A DNA stretch of 64,000 bases from an uncultured Phycisphaerales bacterium (GTDB lineage Bacteria; Planctomycetota; Phycisphaerae; Sedimentisphaerales; Anaerobacaceae). Of this stretch, positions 26,687 to 36,462 are shown piece by piece. The translations under genes were made by a program, and so were the position numbers. Where the stretch lies: contig OY970359.1 in the NCBI GenBank assembly GCA_963718665.1, positions 320,001 through 384,000 of the forward strand, given 5' to 3'. Position 1 is the stretch's first letter; each line of letters opens with the position of its first letter. Below the pieces are notes generated by a model that searched no databases, had not been told where the DNA came from, and was given only the letters and a program-made list of their open reading frames with translations.

Positions 26687-28540
26687 ATGGCTATCAAGGA
26701 TGAAGGTCATTTTGCCAAGTTAGTGGTTCCGGTAAAGAAGATTGGTCTTCGGAAAGGGTTTTTCCGCTGGCCCGGTCGGTCTGTCTTTGCCTGTTCAAAT
26801 ATGGCCGACGCAATCGGCCTCAAACAGCTTGGCTGTGATTTATCGAAGCATCGTCTCATCGCAAATATAAACAGCGATTCATCCCGACAGGCAGCGTTAA
26901 GAATATATCGCGATAAAAACATCACCAACAGCGAGGCATACCGTTTAACAATTACTCAAACAGGCATCGAAATCCACGCGAAAACAGAAGCAGGCGCATA
27001 TTACGCCCTGCAAACATTGCGCGAGATGACGGCAATATATGGGAAGGTCCTGCCCCTGTGCAAAATAGAAGATGAGCCGGATTTTCGCAGGCGGGGCGTA
27101 TATCTCGATTGTTCAAGAGGGAAAGTGCCCAAACTTGATACGCTGAAAGAGCTGACAACGTGGCTCTCTCATTGGAAAATAAACGAAATACAGCTTTACG
27201 TTGAGAACGTATTCACTTTTAAAAAACATCCTGAAATCGGCAGGGGTTACAGTCCCTTCACACCAGAGGAAATCCTTTCTCTTCAGGAACATTGCAAAAA
27301 GCACCATATTCGACTTGTTGGTTCGCTTTCAAGTTTCGGGCATTTCGAAAAAATTCTGTCCCTGCCGAAATACAGACACTTAGGCGAAAAGCCGGGGTTT
27401 AGCGGCTTTCCGGGAGGCACAACTCTTTGCCCCATCGACCCAGACGCAATCAAGCTTGTCGCAGAACTTTACAGCGAGTTTGTGCCGCTCTTCGATGCAG
27501 AGGATTTCAACGTTTGCTGTGACGAGACATGGGAGCTTGGAAAAGGTCGCAGCGAGAAAAAGACGATTCGTATCGGAGTCGGGCAGGTTTACCTCGATTT
27601 CCTCCTGAAGATTCATCGTCTTTGTGAAAAACACGGCAAGCAAATGAACGTCTGGGCGGACATTATATTGAACCATCCGGAATTATTAGGCAAATTGCCG
27701 CGAGATATAGTCCTGCTTAACTGGGGGTATGAACAGAACGGGGCAAACATCGCCAGAACCGGAGAAATCGCAAATTCGGGGCTATCGTTTATGGTTTGTC
27801 CTGGGACAAGCGGGTGGCTGACTCACGGAACACGCCTGCCCAACTCGATGAGTAACGTAACTAATTTTGCCGCTGCGGGCCGTAAATATCACGCGGAAGG
27901 ACTGCTGAATACCGACTGGGGCGACCAGGGACATCGTAATTTCCTGGGAGTCAGCTTGCACAGTTTCGCACACGGGGCCGCCAACGCGTGGAATGGTAAA
28001 GCCGTTGATAACGCCAGGTTCACCGAAAATTTCTGTTGTCACGCTTTTGGCCAAAAAAACAAGCGTATGGCCGAGGCGATAAGATTGCTCGGCAGCACCT
28101 ATATCACCTGCGGCAAAACTTCGCCGAATAAATCGTTGTTGTTTCAGTCCTTTTTTGAGCCGATGCTGCGGGACAAAACAATAGAATGCAGCGCAATTGA
28201 TTTGATGAGCGATGAAGGTCTGCAACAGATAGCGATTGAGTTATCCGGTGATAATCTCTGGCCGGCGGATATAAAGGGGGATTTTGAGCAACTGGCATTG
28301 CGGGAATTGAAGCTGGCCGCGCGTATGGATTGCTTAGCAGGCAAAAGGGCATTGGCAGTAAAGTCGCTGCGAGCGGGGCAAAACGTGAAAAATTCCGAAC
28401 TGCGACACTTGCACAGGCAAATGCATGATATCGGGACAGATTTCAAGAAACTATGGCTGGCACGCAATAAGCTTTCCCGGCTGAACGATAATATGCGATT
28501 ATTTAATCTCGCCGAAGATGAGTTGAAAAAGAGATTGTGA
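26687..28540 (+). CDS. GH20 beta-N-acetylhexosaminidase
   Basis: IEDEPDFRRRGVYLDCSRG, catalytic CCDE and TDWGDQGH. Confidence 0.9.
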   Translation: MAIKDEGHFAKLVVPVKKIGLRKGFFRWPGRSVFACSNMADAIGLKQLGCDLSKHRLIANINSDSSRQAALRIYRDKNITNSEAYRLTITQTGIEIHAKTEAGAYYALQTLREMTAIYGKVLPLCKIEDEPDFRRRGVYLDCSRGKVPKLDTLKELTTWLSHWKINEIQLYVENVFTFKKHPEIGRGYSPFTPEEILSLQEHCKKHHIRLVGSLSSFGHFEKILSLPKYRHLGEKPGFSGFPGGTTLCPIDPDAIKLVAELYSEFVPLFDAEDFNVCCDETWELGKGRSEKKTIRIGVGQVYLDFLLKIHRLCEKHGKQMNVWADIILNHPELLGKLPRDIVLLNWGYEQNGANIARTGEIANSGLSFMVCPGTSGWLTHGTRLPNSMSNVTNFAAAGRKYHAEGLLNTDWGDQGHRNFLGVSLHSFAHGAANAWNGKAVDNARFTENFCCHAFGQKNKRMAEAIRLLGSTYITCGKTSPNKSLLFQSFFEPMLRDKTIECSAIDLMSDEGLQQIAIELSGDNLWPADIKGDFEQLALRELKLAARMDCLAGKRALAVKSLRAGQNVKNSELRHLHRQMHDIGTDFKKLWLARNKLSRLNDNMRLFNLAEDELKKRL

Positions 28541-29724
28541 TGAAGACAAAGAGCCGAATAGCTGAGTTTTCACAAAAATCGAGAATGCGCGTCGCAGGTT
28601 TGATGTCGGGCACGTCTGTTGACGGCGTTGATGTGGCGATTATTGATATCGATAATGAAAAAGTGAGTGTGCAGGCGTTTGAAACATTTCCTTATTCCGC
28701 GACGTTACGCCGGGATATCCTTCGGCTTTGCGGAGCTGAATCGTGCAACGTGGCCGATGTTTGTCATCTGAATTTTGTGCTTGGCGAGGTCTTCGCCGAG
28801 TCGATTTTCAAACTATGCAAAAAAAGTGGTATCGGCCTCAATACGATTGATTTGATTGGTTCTCACGGCCAGACCATTTATCATAATCCCAAAGGCAGGC
28901 GTTTCGGCAAAAAGACCGTTCGGTCAACCCTGCAAATAGGCGAGCCATCGATAATCGCCCAGCGAACAGGCATAACAACAGTGGCGGACTTTCGGCCCAG
29001 GGACATGGCCGCCGGCGGACAGGGCGCCCCGTTAGTGCCATTTGCGGATTATTTTCTGTTTCGCGATAAACATCGCAATCGAGCCATTCAGAATATCGGC
29101 GGCATCGCAAATGTTACCTCCCTGCCGGCGGGCTGCCAAACAGGTGATATAATCGCCTTCGATACAGGCCCCGGCAATATGATAATAGACGGAATCGTTT
29201 CAATCATAAGTAAAGGTAAACAAAAGTTTGACCGCGGAGGCAAAATCGCAGCACGAGGCACAATCGACAAAACAATCCTCGACGATATGCTGAAGCATCC
29301 GTTTTTGGGTCTGCGCCCACCAAAATCAACAGGCAGAGAGGGATTCGGCAGCCGGTATTGCGACGCGTTATATCGAAAGATGAAGAAAAAATCGATACCA
29401 GCCGAAGACATTATAGTGACTGTTACCGCGTTTACCGCTAAGAGCATCGTCCGGGCATATCGAAATTTCCTGCCCCGAATGCCTGATGAAGTAATATTGT
29501 GCGGAGGCGGCGCACATAACTCGACTCTGGTCAAAATGCTGCGGCAGGGTCTTGGTAAAAGCAAAATTCTGACAAGCGATGATTTTGGAATCAGCTGCGA
29601 CGCCAAAGAGGCGATTTCATTCGCGATTCTCGCATACGCGACCATTAAAGGCGAGCCAAACAACGTTCCCGGCGCAACGGGAGCAATACAACCATTAGTT
29701 TTAGGAAAGATTATACCCGCATAA
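28540..29724 (+). CDS. anmK: Anhydro-N-acetylmuramic acid kinase
   Basis: GLMSGTSVDGVD, IGSHGQT, DMAAGGQGAPL, NIGGIAN, FDTGPGN and PPKSTGRE. Confidence 0.96.
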   Translation: MKTKSRIAEFSQKSRMRVAGLMSGTSVDGVDVAIIDIDNEKVSVQAFETFPYSATLRRDILRLCGAESCNVADVCHLNFVLGEVFAESIFKLCKKSGIGLNTIDLIGSHGQTIYHNPKGRRFGKKTVRSTLQIGEPSIIAQRTGITTVADFRPRDMAAGGQGAPLVPFADYFLFRDKHRNRAIQNIGGIANVTSLPAGCQTGDIIAFDTGPGNMIIDGIVSIISKGKQKFDRGGKIAARGTIDKTILDDMLKHPFLGLRPPKSTGREGFGSRYCDALYRKMKKKSIPAEDIIVTVTAFTAKSIVRAYRNFLPRMPDEVILCGGGAHNSTLVKMLRQGLGKSKILTSDDFGISCDAKEAISFAILAYATIKGEPNNVPGATGAIQPLVLGKIIPA

Positions 29725-30629
29725 TGAGAAAGCACAGACCACTTCCGACGACGGAGCACAGCAACCAGAGAAGTAAAAATATCGACCGGCTATCGACCTT
29801 GGGGATAGTCGAGCTAATCAACAGTGAAGATATGCTGGTTGCGCAGGCCGTCGGCAAAGAACGTAAAAAAATAGCCGAGGCGGTTGATATGATAGTGGCA
29901 CATTTCCGGAAAGGAGGCCGATTATTTTACGTCGGCGCGGGGACAAGCGGCCGGCTGGGCGTTCTCGACGCTTCGGAATGCCCCCCTACTTTCGGCGTCA
30001 GGCCTACGTTAGTGCAGGGAATTATCGCGGGCGGCAAACGCGCACTTGTTCGGGCAGTCGAGGGGGCCGAGGATAAAGCGAATGAAGGAGCTAAAGCGAT
30101 AATTAAACGCGGGGTTTGCGACAGGGACACAGTCGTCGGGATTGCCGCCTGCGGGCTGACTCCTTACGTACGAGGCGCATTGAAACAGGCGATGCAAATC
30201 GGAGCGGGCACAATCTTTATTACCTGCTCGGCCAAAGGCATCAGGGATATTCCGGCAAAAATAATTATCAATCCGGTTGTCGGCCCGGAGATTATTACCG
30301 GCTCAACAAGAATGAAGGCAGGCACCGCAACCAAGCTTGTGCTCAATATCCTCACAACGGCCGCAATGATAAAAATGGGCAAGGTGTACGGTAATTTAAT
30401 GGTTGACCTCAACGCGACAAATCAGAAACTGCGAGACAGGTCTCAAAGAATCGTTGTTCAACTAACGGGACTTTCCCGTGCGAAGGCAATCAAACTGCTT
30501 GAACGTGCCGGGGGGAAAGTTAAAGCCGCAATCGTAATGCATTTTCGCAAAGTTAATCTGCAACAGGCACTTGTCATCCTCGACGAATGCGGACAGTCGT
30601 TAAGGGAAGCCATTAAGGAAGACGTATGA
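29724..30629 (+). CDS. murQ: N-acetylmuramic acid 6-phosphate etherase
   Basis: GAGTSGRLGVLDASECPPTFG, GPEIITGSTRMKAGTA and GKVYGNLMVD. Confidence 0.97.
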   Translation: MRKHRPLPTTEHSNQRSKNIDRLSTLGIVELINSEDMLVAQAVGKERKKIAEAVDMIVAHFRKGGRLFYVGAGTSGRLGVLDASECPPTFGVRPTLVQGIIAGGKRALVRAVEGAEDKANEGAKAIIKRGVCDRDTVVGIAACGLTPYVRGALKQAMQIGAGTIFITCSAKGIRDIPAKIIINPVVGPEIITGSTRMKAGTATKLVLNILTTAAMIKMGKVYGNLMVDLNATNQKLRDRSQRIVVQLTGLSRAKAIKLLERAGGKVKAAIVMHFRKVNLQQALVILDECGQSLREAIKEDV

Positions 30630-32119
30630 GCGAATTTCTTACCGTGCACCAAATTTCAGGAACACTTAGTCTGATTGATTTAATAGAGGTAGGCCTCGCG
30701 ATTATCCTTCTTTTTGTTATTTCCTATATCTTCGGACGCGAAGAAAAAGACACAAAAGATTTTTTTATCGGCGGACGAAAGGTCCCCTTGATTGTGGCCT
30801 GTCTGTCTTTTGTCGCGACGGAAGTAAGCGCGCTGACTATTATCGGCGTGCCGGCGACCGCCTACAGCGAAAATTGGCAGTATCTTCAGTTTTTTATCGG
30901 TTCGGCGGCCGCGAGAATTATGGTGGCGTTTCTGTTCATCCCGGTATTTTACCAGTATAACTGCACGAGCATTTATGAGTTTCTCAGATATCGCTTCGGG
31001 CCCCAGACGCAGTATGCCGGCTCGATTTTCTTTTTTATCACACGCTTAATAGCATCCGGCGTCAGATTATACGCCGCGTGTCTGGGAGTGGGGATAATCC
31101 TGGGCTGGCCTTTGGCAACGACGCTTTTGGTGTTTACGATGGTAAGCATCGCCTTCATCGCGTTCGGCGGAATAAAAGCGGTGGTTTGGGCAGGCGCATA
31201 TCAAACTCTGGTTTTCTTTTTGGCAGGCGGTGTGTTATTTATTTATCTTCTGCTTAAAATTCAGGGCGGCCTACCGTCCGCCTGGCACATCGCCAATGAG
31301 GCCGGCCGGCTGAGTATTTTTAAATTCGATTTTGACCTCAATAACCCGACAACCTTCTGGGCAGGCACCGCCAACGCGTTTTTCATAGGCCTGGCCGTAT
31401 TCGGAACAGACCAGGAGCTTATGCAGCGACTGCTTACCGTGAAAACCCGCAGGGCGAGCCAGAAGGCAATTATTTCTACTATACTGGTAGGTCTGCCGAT
31501 TCTATGCCTGTACCTAGGAATAGGGACACTGTTTTATGTTTTCTACAAGCAGAATCCCGGCGTGCCCGCGCCGGAAAAAACCAAGGAGGTCTTCTCCCAC
31601 TTTGTAACATATTCTCTTCCCATCGGATTAAAAGGACTGATGCTCTCGACAATTGTATTGGCCAGCATTGATTCGCCATTAAGCTCACTATCATCGTCAT
31701 TTGTAACGGATATTTACCGCCCGCTTATTAAGAAGTCCGCGACGGAGGGCCATTATCTGTTCGTTTCCCGGATTGGAGTGGTTACGTTCGGCCTGATACT
31801 GGCGATTATCGCTTTCGCGTGCCAGCCGGTGGAAAATATTCTATGGTTTGCTTTTGAAATAATGTCTTTGACGGGCGGCGCCACGCTTGGCATTTTCCTG
31901 CTGGGCGTATTAACAAAACGCAAAGCCAATATCAGCAATGCAGCGGCAATGATTATCAGCGCATTATCTATGACGGCCCTTTTGCTGCTGTCTCATGGCG
32001 GATACATCAAGCTGGCCTGGAGCTGGCTGATAGTGGCAGGCACAGTGATGACGTTCGTCCTGGGCTATCTGTTCAGTTGTTTCGGGACGAGATTTAATAG
32101 CAAAAGCCGGTCGTTTTAG
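30626..32119 (+). CDS. Sodium:solute symporter (probable amino-sugar importer)
   Basis: FFIGGRK, SFVATEVSALT, FGGIKAVVW and GTDQELMQR; last gene of the anmK-murQ operon. Confidence 0.9.
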   Translation: MSEFLTVHQISGTLSLIDLIEVGLAIILLFVISYIFGREEKDTKDFFIGGRKVPLIVACLSFVATEVSALTIIGVPATAYSENWQYLQFFIGSAAARIMVAFLFIPVFYQYNCTSIYEFLRYRFGPQTQYAGSIFFFITRLIASGVRLYAACLGVGIILGWPLATTLLVFTMVSIAFIAFGGIKAVVWAGAYQTLVFFLAGGVLFIYLLLKIQGGLPSAWHIANEAGRLSIFKFDFDLNNPTTFWAGTANAFFIGLAVFGTDQELMQRLLTVKTRRASQKAIISTILVGLPILCLYLGIGTLFYVFYKQNPGVPAPEKTKEVFSHFVTYSLPIGLKGLMLSTIVLASIDSPLSSLSSSFVTDIYRPLIKKSATEGHYLFVSRIGVVTFGLILAIIAFACQPVENILWFAFEIMSLTGGATLGIFLLGVLTKRKANISNAAAMIISALSMTALLLLSHGGYIKLAWSWLIVAGTVMTFVLGYLFSCFGTRFNSKSRSF

Positions 32120-32161
32120 AATTATCGCTTTTAGGGAGATATCAGATGATTCCGGCTACGC

Positions 32162-33412
32162 TCATTTATGCGCAATCCTGATTTCTTCGGCAATTATTTT
32201 CAGGCCCGCTTCGACCTTATCAACATCCTGGGCGTAGCTTATTCGAATGCACTGCTGTTTGTGCTCCCAGTCATCTTCAAGGCCGGGGAAAAAGTAATGG
32301 CCGGGAACTATGAGAACGCCGCGTTTTTTCAGCCGTCGATATAATTCAGCATCGGTAATCTTCAATCCGGGCAGCCAGAGCCACAAGAAGAACGCCCCTT
32401 CCGGCTTGTGAATATGAAAATCAATTCCGTCGAGCAGTCCGCAAATTTTGGTGACCGCCCATTTTGCCTTGTCCTGGTAATAGGGTCTTATCACTTCTTT
32501 ACTCAGCCGAACCAGTTCGCCTGTTCGTATAAGCTCAGTTCCAATCGCGGCGCCGATGCTGGCCGTGCTCAAGCTCATCACCGCGTTCATCTCCGAGACC
32601 ATTTCGATAATTTTTTCTCCGGCGATAACAATACCCGTCCGCGTCGCAGGCAGACCGAACTTCGACAAGCTCATACATACAATAGTGTTTTCATTCCAAA
32701 GCGGTCTTGTCTCCGTAAAGATTATATTCGGGAAAGGTGAACCGTATGCGTTGTCAATAATCAACGGGATACCTTTGGCCCGGGCAAGTGAATCGAGCTT
32801 GGCGACTTCGGCGTCGGTCAGCACGTTGGCCGTGGGGTTGGTAGGCCTTGAAATACATATCGCGCCAATATTCTCGTCCACATTAAGACGGTCAAAATCC
32901 ACATGATATTTGAAAATATGCTCATCGATATGCTCGATATCGGGCTTGTTCGCCGTAAACAACCCATCAGTAAAACCCACGTCGCAGTAGCCGGTATATT
33001 CAGGAGCGAGCGGCAGCAAAATTTTCTTTTTTGAGCCGTCTTCAAACTCGCCCGCGAAAATATTGAAGAGCATGAAAAACGCCGACTGACTGCCGGCAGT
33101 GAGCACGATGTTCGCCAGCCTGATGTTCCACCCGCATTCAGCCCGCAGCAATTCACAGATTGCCTCAATAAATTCCTTGTTGCCCTGCGGCGGGTCATAA
33201 TCCCCTACTGCTTTTTCGAATGCGCCTTTTTTCGCAAGAAGCCCGCTCATACACTGTCGAAAAACCCGGTCCACTTCAGGTATATGTGACGGGTTACCTC
33301 CTCCGAGCATCAGAACGTCAACACCGGCCTTTAGCCCCTCGCCCATATCAACCATTAACTGGCTGATTCCCGACCTGCGTTTTATCTTTTGACCAAACCT
33401 CGATACTTTCAT
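32162..33412 (-). CDS. avtA: Valine-pyruvate aminotransferase
   Basis: MLGGGNP, PLAPEY.GY, SRPTNPT, IDNAYG, SLSKFGLP and GVLIVPGHYFF. Confidence 0.88.
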   Translation of the reverse strand: MKVSRFGQKIKRRSGISQLMVDMGEGLKAGVDVLMLGGGNPSHIPEVDRVFRQCMSGLLAKKGAFEKAVGDYDPPQGNKEFIEAICELLRAECGWNIRLANIVLTAGSQSAFFMLFNIFAGEFEDGSKKKILLPLAPEYTGYCDVGFTDGLFTANKPDIEHIDEHIFKYHVDFDRLNVDENIGAICISRPTNPTANVLTDAEVAKLDSLARAKGIPLIIDNAYGSPFPNIIFTETRPLWNENTIVCMSLSKFGLPATRTGIVIAGEKIIEMVSEMNAVMSLSTASIGAAIGTELIRTGELVRLSKEVIRPYYQDKAKWAVTKICGLLDGIDFHIHKPEGAFFLWLWLPGLKITDAELYRRLKKRGVLIVPGHYFFPGLEDDWEHKQQCIRISYAQDVDKVEAGLKIIAEEIRIAHK

Positions 33413-33423
33413 TTCGCCGAAGT

Positions 33424-34626
33424 TTAATTCACTTTAATTTTTGCGAATTTGCGTTTGCCGACCTGTATTGTCATCCCGTTTGCGGGAGTGATTTGAGTAT
33501 TCGGGTCAGTAACCTTCTGGCCATCAATTGTTACGGCCGACTGGGCACACATACGCTTGGCATCGCCACCCGATTCGACAAGTTTGCAGTTGATGAGCAA
33601 CTGCTTTACTGAAGTCGGCTCAGCAGGTAATTTAAATTCCGGCATTTCATCGGGCAGTTGCTTTTGAGCAAAAACCTTTTCAAACTGCTCCGCAGCCGAA
33701 TCAGCGGCTACTGCATCGTAAAACTGCGAGATAATTGTTTTTGCAAGAAGAACTTTCGCCTCTTTGGGATGGGTCTTCTGCGAATTAGTCAGTTCGACAA
33801 TTTTTTCAGCAGGCAGGTCGGTAAGAAGCGTAAAGTAATTTGCCATCATATCATCGGAAATGCTCATCACCTTGCCGAACATATCGTTGGGCTGGTCGGT
33901 AACACCTATGTAATTACCCTTCGATTTGCTCATCTTCTCTTTGCCGTCCAGGCCGACGAGAATCGGAACGGTAATGACAATCTGTACCTGCTGACCATAA
34001 GCGCGTTGAATATCCCTGCCTACGAGATTATTGAAGGTCTGGTCTGTGCCGCCTAATTCGACGTCGCTTTTTACGGCAACAGAATCGTATCCCTGCATAA
34101 GCGGGTAAATAAATTCGTGCGTGTAAACATCGATATCTTTTTCAAGACGCAGCTTGAAACTATCTCGCTGGAGCATCTGAGCAACGGTCTTCTTGGCGGC
34201 AACCTGAATAAGCTCCATCAGGGTCATTTTTTCGAGCCATTCGGAGTTATGCCGGACTTCAAGTTTGTCGGATGAGGTATCGAGAATTTTGCCCGCCTGC
34301 TCGAAATATGTCTTCGCGTTTTTATCGATTTGCTCAGGCGAAAGCATCGGGCGAGTGGTATTCTGGCCTGTGGGATCACCTATGCGGGCAGTGTAATCCC
34401 CGATAATCAAAACGGCTTTGTGGCCCAGGTCCTGAAACTGGCGCATCTTGCGAAGCACAACGGTGTGTCCCAGATGAATATCGGGGCTTGTGGGGTCAAG
34501 GCCAAGCTTTATTCGGAGCTGGCGTTTATCTTTGGCGGCATTAGCAAGCTTTTCAGCCAATTCGGCCTCGGTGAAAATCTCAGCCGTGCCACGTTTGAGC
34601 AATTTCAACTGTTCCGGAATCTGCAT
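33424..34626 (-). CDS. tyrS: Tyrosine-tRNA ligase
   Basis: DPTSPDIHLGH, YPLMQGYD, GGTDQ, KMSKS and a C-terminal S4 domain. Confidence 0.97.
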   Translation of the reverse strand: MQIPEQLKLLKRGTAEIFTEAELAEKLANAAKDKRQLRIKLGLDPTSPDIHLGHTVVLRKMRQFQDLGHKAVLIIGDYTARIGDPTGQNTTRPMLSPEQIDKNAKTYFEQAGKILDTSSDKLEVRHNSEWLEKMTLMELIQVAAKKTVAQMLQRDSFKLRLEKDIDVYTHEFIYPLMQGYDSVAVKSDVELGGTDQTFNNLVGRDIQRAYGQQVQIVITVPILVGLDGKEKMSKSKGNYIGVTDQPNDMFGKVMSISDDMMANYFTLLTDLPAEKIVELTNSQKTHPKEAKVLLAKTIISQFYDAVAADSAAEQFEKVFAQKQLPDEMPEFKLPAEPTSVKQLLINCKLVESGGDAKRMCAQSAVTIDGQKVTDPNTQITPANGMTIQVGKRKFAKIKVN

Positions 34627-34901
34627 CGCAAAAAATCCTCATAAAAATCAGTAAATTCGCCGTCGGCGAACAAGTCGCGGCGATTATACGCCTGCCGGAG
34701 GGGATTTGCAACGCTTATACCTGTTATGACTGACCACAGCTTGAATCAATTAAGTAAACCATCTTAGCCAGGGGCGGAGGCAAAGTATTGAACTGGTATC
34801 TTGAGGCAATCAAATCTTGACCCATTCTATGCAGGCGATACAATAACGGCCGGAATCAGAATTTAAAGTCGCATTTGGTGTAATAGATTCGGGAGAAGAG
34901 T

Positions 34902-35300
34902 ATGTTTGAAGACCAATCGGAACAGGAAGTATCCTCGATGGCAACAGCCAGAATAGGACTGGCGATAATTTTTGTCGTCCTTGCGATACCGTTAGGTGTC
35001 TGGGTGCTAACTACCGTTAACGCATCCATACACGACATGAACACACCAGCGATAGTGCAAAAAATAGTTCCCGCAACGGGCATTTCCTGCGATATAAACA
35101 CTCCGGCGGGCAAATTCGAGCTGCCGAAGCCGATGTTCGCGGGTATGTCTTATTTCATTCTTTATTTGTTCCTTCTCATACCAACGGCAATAGTAATAGC
35201 CCTTATCAAAGGCAGTGTTGCGCTGCTTAATCCCGATTTAAAAAGACAATTGCAGCGATTCACCGAATCGATACGAAAATCAATTGCCCCGAAACAGTAA
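34902..35300 (+). CDS. Hypothetical two-TM membrane protein
   Basis: SD GGAG, two hydrophobic segments and no overlap with neighbouring genes. Confidence 0.7.
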   Translation: MFEDQSEQEVSSMATARIGLAIIFVVLAIPLGVWVLTTVNASIHDMNTPAIVQKIVPATGISCDINTPAGKFELPKPMFAGMSYFILYLFLLIPTAIVIALIKGSVALLNPDLKRQLQRFTESIRKSIAPKQ

Positions 35301-35319
35301 CGGCACAGGACATGACTAT

Positions 35320-36462
35320 CTACAATCCGATTTCGGCATCGGTGAGGTAACAGTCGGGTTCTAATCGCCAATTTTTTATGTCGGGGTCGGAGCCGAGGAA
35401 GCGGAAGTTGCCCTTGCACAAATCAAACCATTTGCATTTGAGGCAGCGTTTGTCGGCAAACTTCGATTTATTGCGAAGTTTATGCAGTACGGGTTCGTTT
35501 TCATTTGTCCAGATTTGTTTGAAGCTCTTTTGAGTAACATTGCCTAAGGGGTAACTTCGCCAGAACTGGTCGGCATAAACGCTGCCATCCCAGCCGACTG
35601 AGGAGATTTTTTCGCCTATGCGATTGCCGCCATTGGAGACAAGCAACTGCTTTTGCTGGTCGATATTTTTCCCCTGCTGCTGCATTTTTACAAGCAGATA
35701 TGGCCCATCGGCGTGATTGCCGACAGTGAGGACCTCATCGAGAAAACCTTTGGCAACAAAATCGGCGGCGCGTTCCAGAATCACGTCCATAACCTTTCGG
35801 GTGTCGGACGAAGAAACAACCTGCGACTCGATATCTTTTGCCCTGCCGGACCTTATGAGGTGATAAAAACAAACTCGTCTTACACCGTTATCTTTGCAGA
35901 TATCGAAAACAGCGGGGACCTGCTCTTTATTAGAATTGCTGATTGTAAAACGCAGGCCCGTCCGCAGGTTCGTTTTTCTGCAGTTTTCGAAGCCGGTCAT
36001 AGTCGCTTTGAAGCAGCCGCTTGTTTGGCGAAAACGGTTGTGAAATTCTTCCGGGCCGTCGATTGAAATCCCGACGTAGCCGACGTTCGCCTCGGCAAGC
36101 TTATTGGCTGTGTCGCCGTCGATAAGTGTGCCGTTGGTGGAGATGACTGTTCGCAAACCGATGCGTTTGGCTTCGGCGAGCAATTCAAACAAGTCGGGAC
36201 GAAGAAGCGGCTCACCGCCTGAGAACAATACTACGGGAGCGTTCACCTCAAGAGTATCATTCAGGAGTTTTTTCGCCTGGGCAGTGTAAAGTTCGGTGTC
36301 ACGGCGTGTCGAATCGGAGGCGGCGTAGCAGTGGAGGCAGCGAAGATTGCAGCGAGAGGTACAGTTATAGACAACGATGGGGCCAACGGAATCTCTATTG
36401 CCGTAACGCAAATGGTCGGATTGTCCCGCAAGGCCGCAATATAACTTTGAGATATTTATCAT
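35320..36462 (-). CDS. ahbC: Radical SAM/SPASM protein, AhbC/NirJ1-like (alternative heme pathway)
   Basis: MINISKLYCG, CNLRCLHC, LTVGNHADG and VYADQFW; adjacent to cobA/hemD. Confidence 0.8.
   Translation of the reverse strand: MINISKLYCGLAGQSDHLRYGNRDSVGPIVVYNCTSRCNLRCLHCYAASDSTRRDTELYTAQAKKLLNDTLEVNAPVVLFSGGEPLLRPDLFELLAEAKRIGLRTVISTNGTLIDGDTANKLAEANVGYVGISIDGPEEFHNRFRQTSGCFKATMTGFENCRKTNLRTGLRFTISNSNKEQVPAVFDICKDNGVRRVCFYHLIRSGRAKDIESQVVSSSDTRKVMDVILERAADFVAKGFLDEVLTVGNHADGPYLLVKMQQQGKNIDQQKQLLVSNGGNRIGEKISSVGWDGSVYADQFWRSYPLGNVTQKSFKQIWTNENEPVLHKLRNKSKFADKRCLKCKWFDLCKGNFRFLGSDPDIKNWRLEPDCYLTDAEIGL

Noticed and set aside
34627..34900. T-box leader upstream of tyrS
   Set aside because: No T-box bulge sequence or terminator/antiterminator is visible; only a small GC hairpin.
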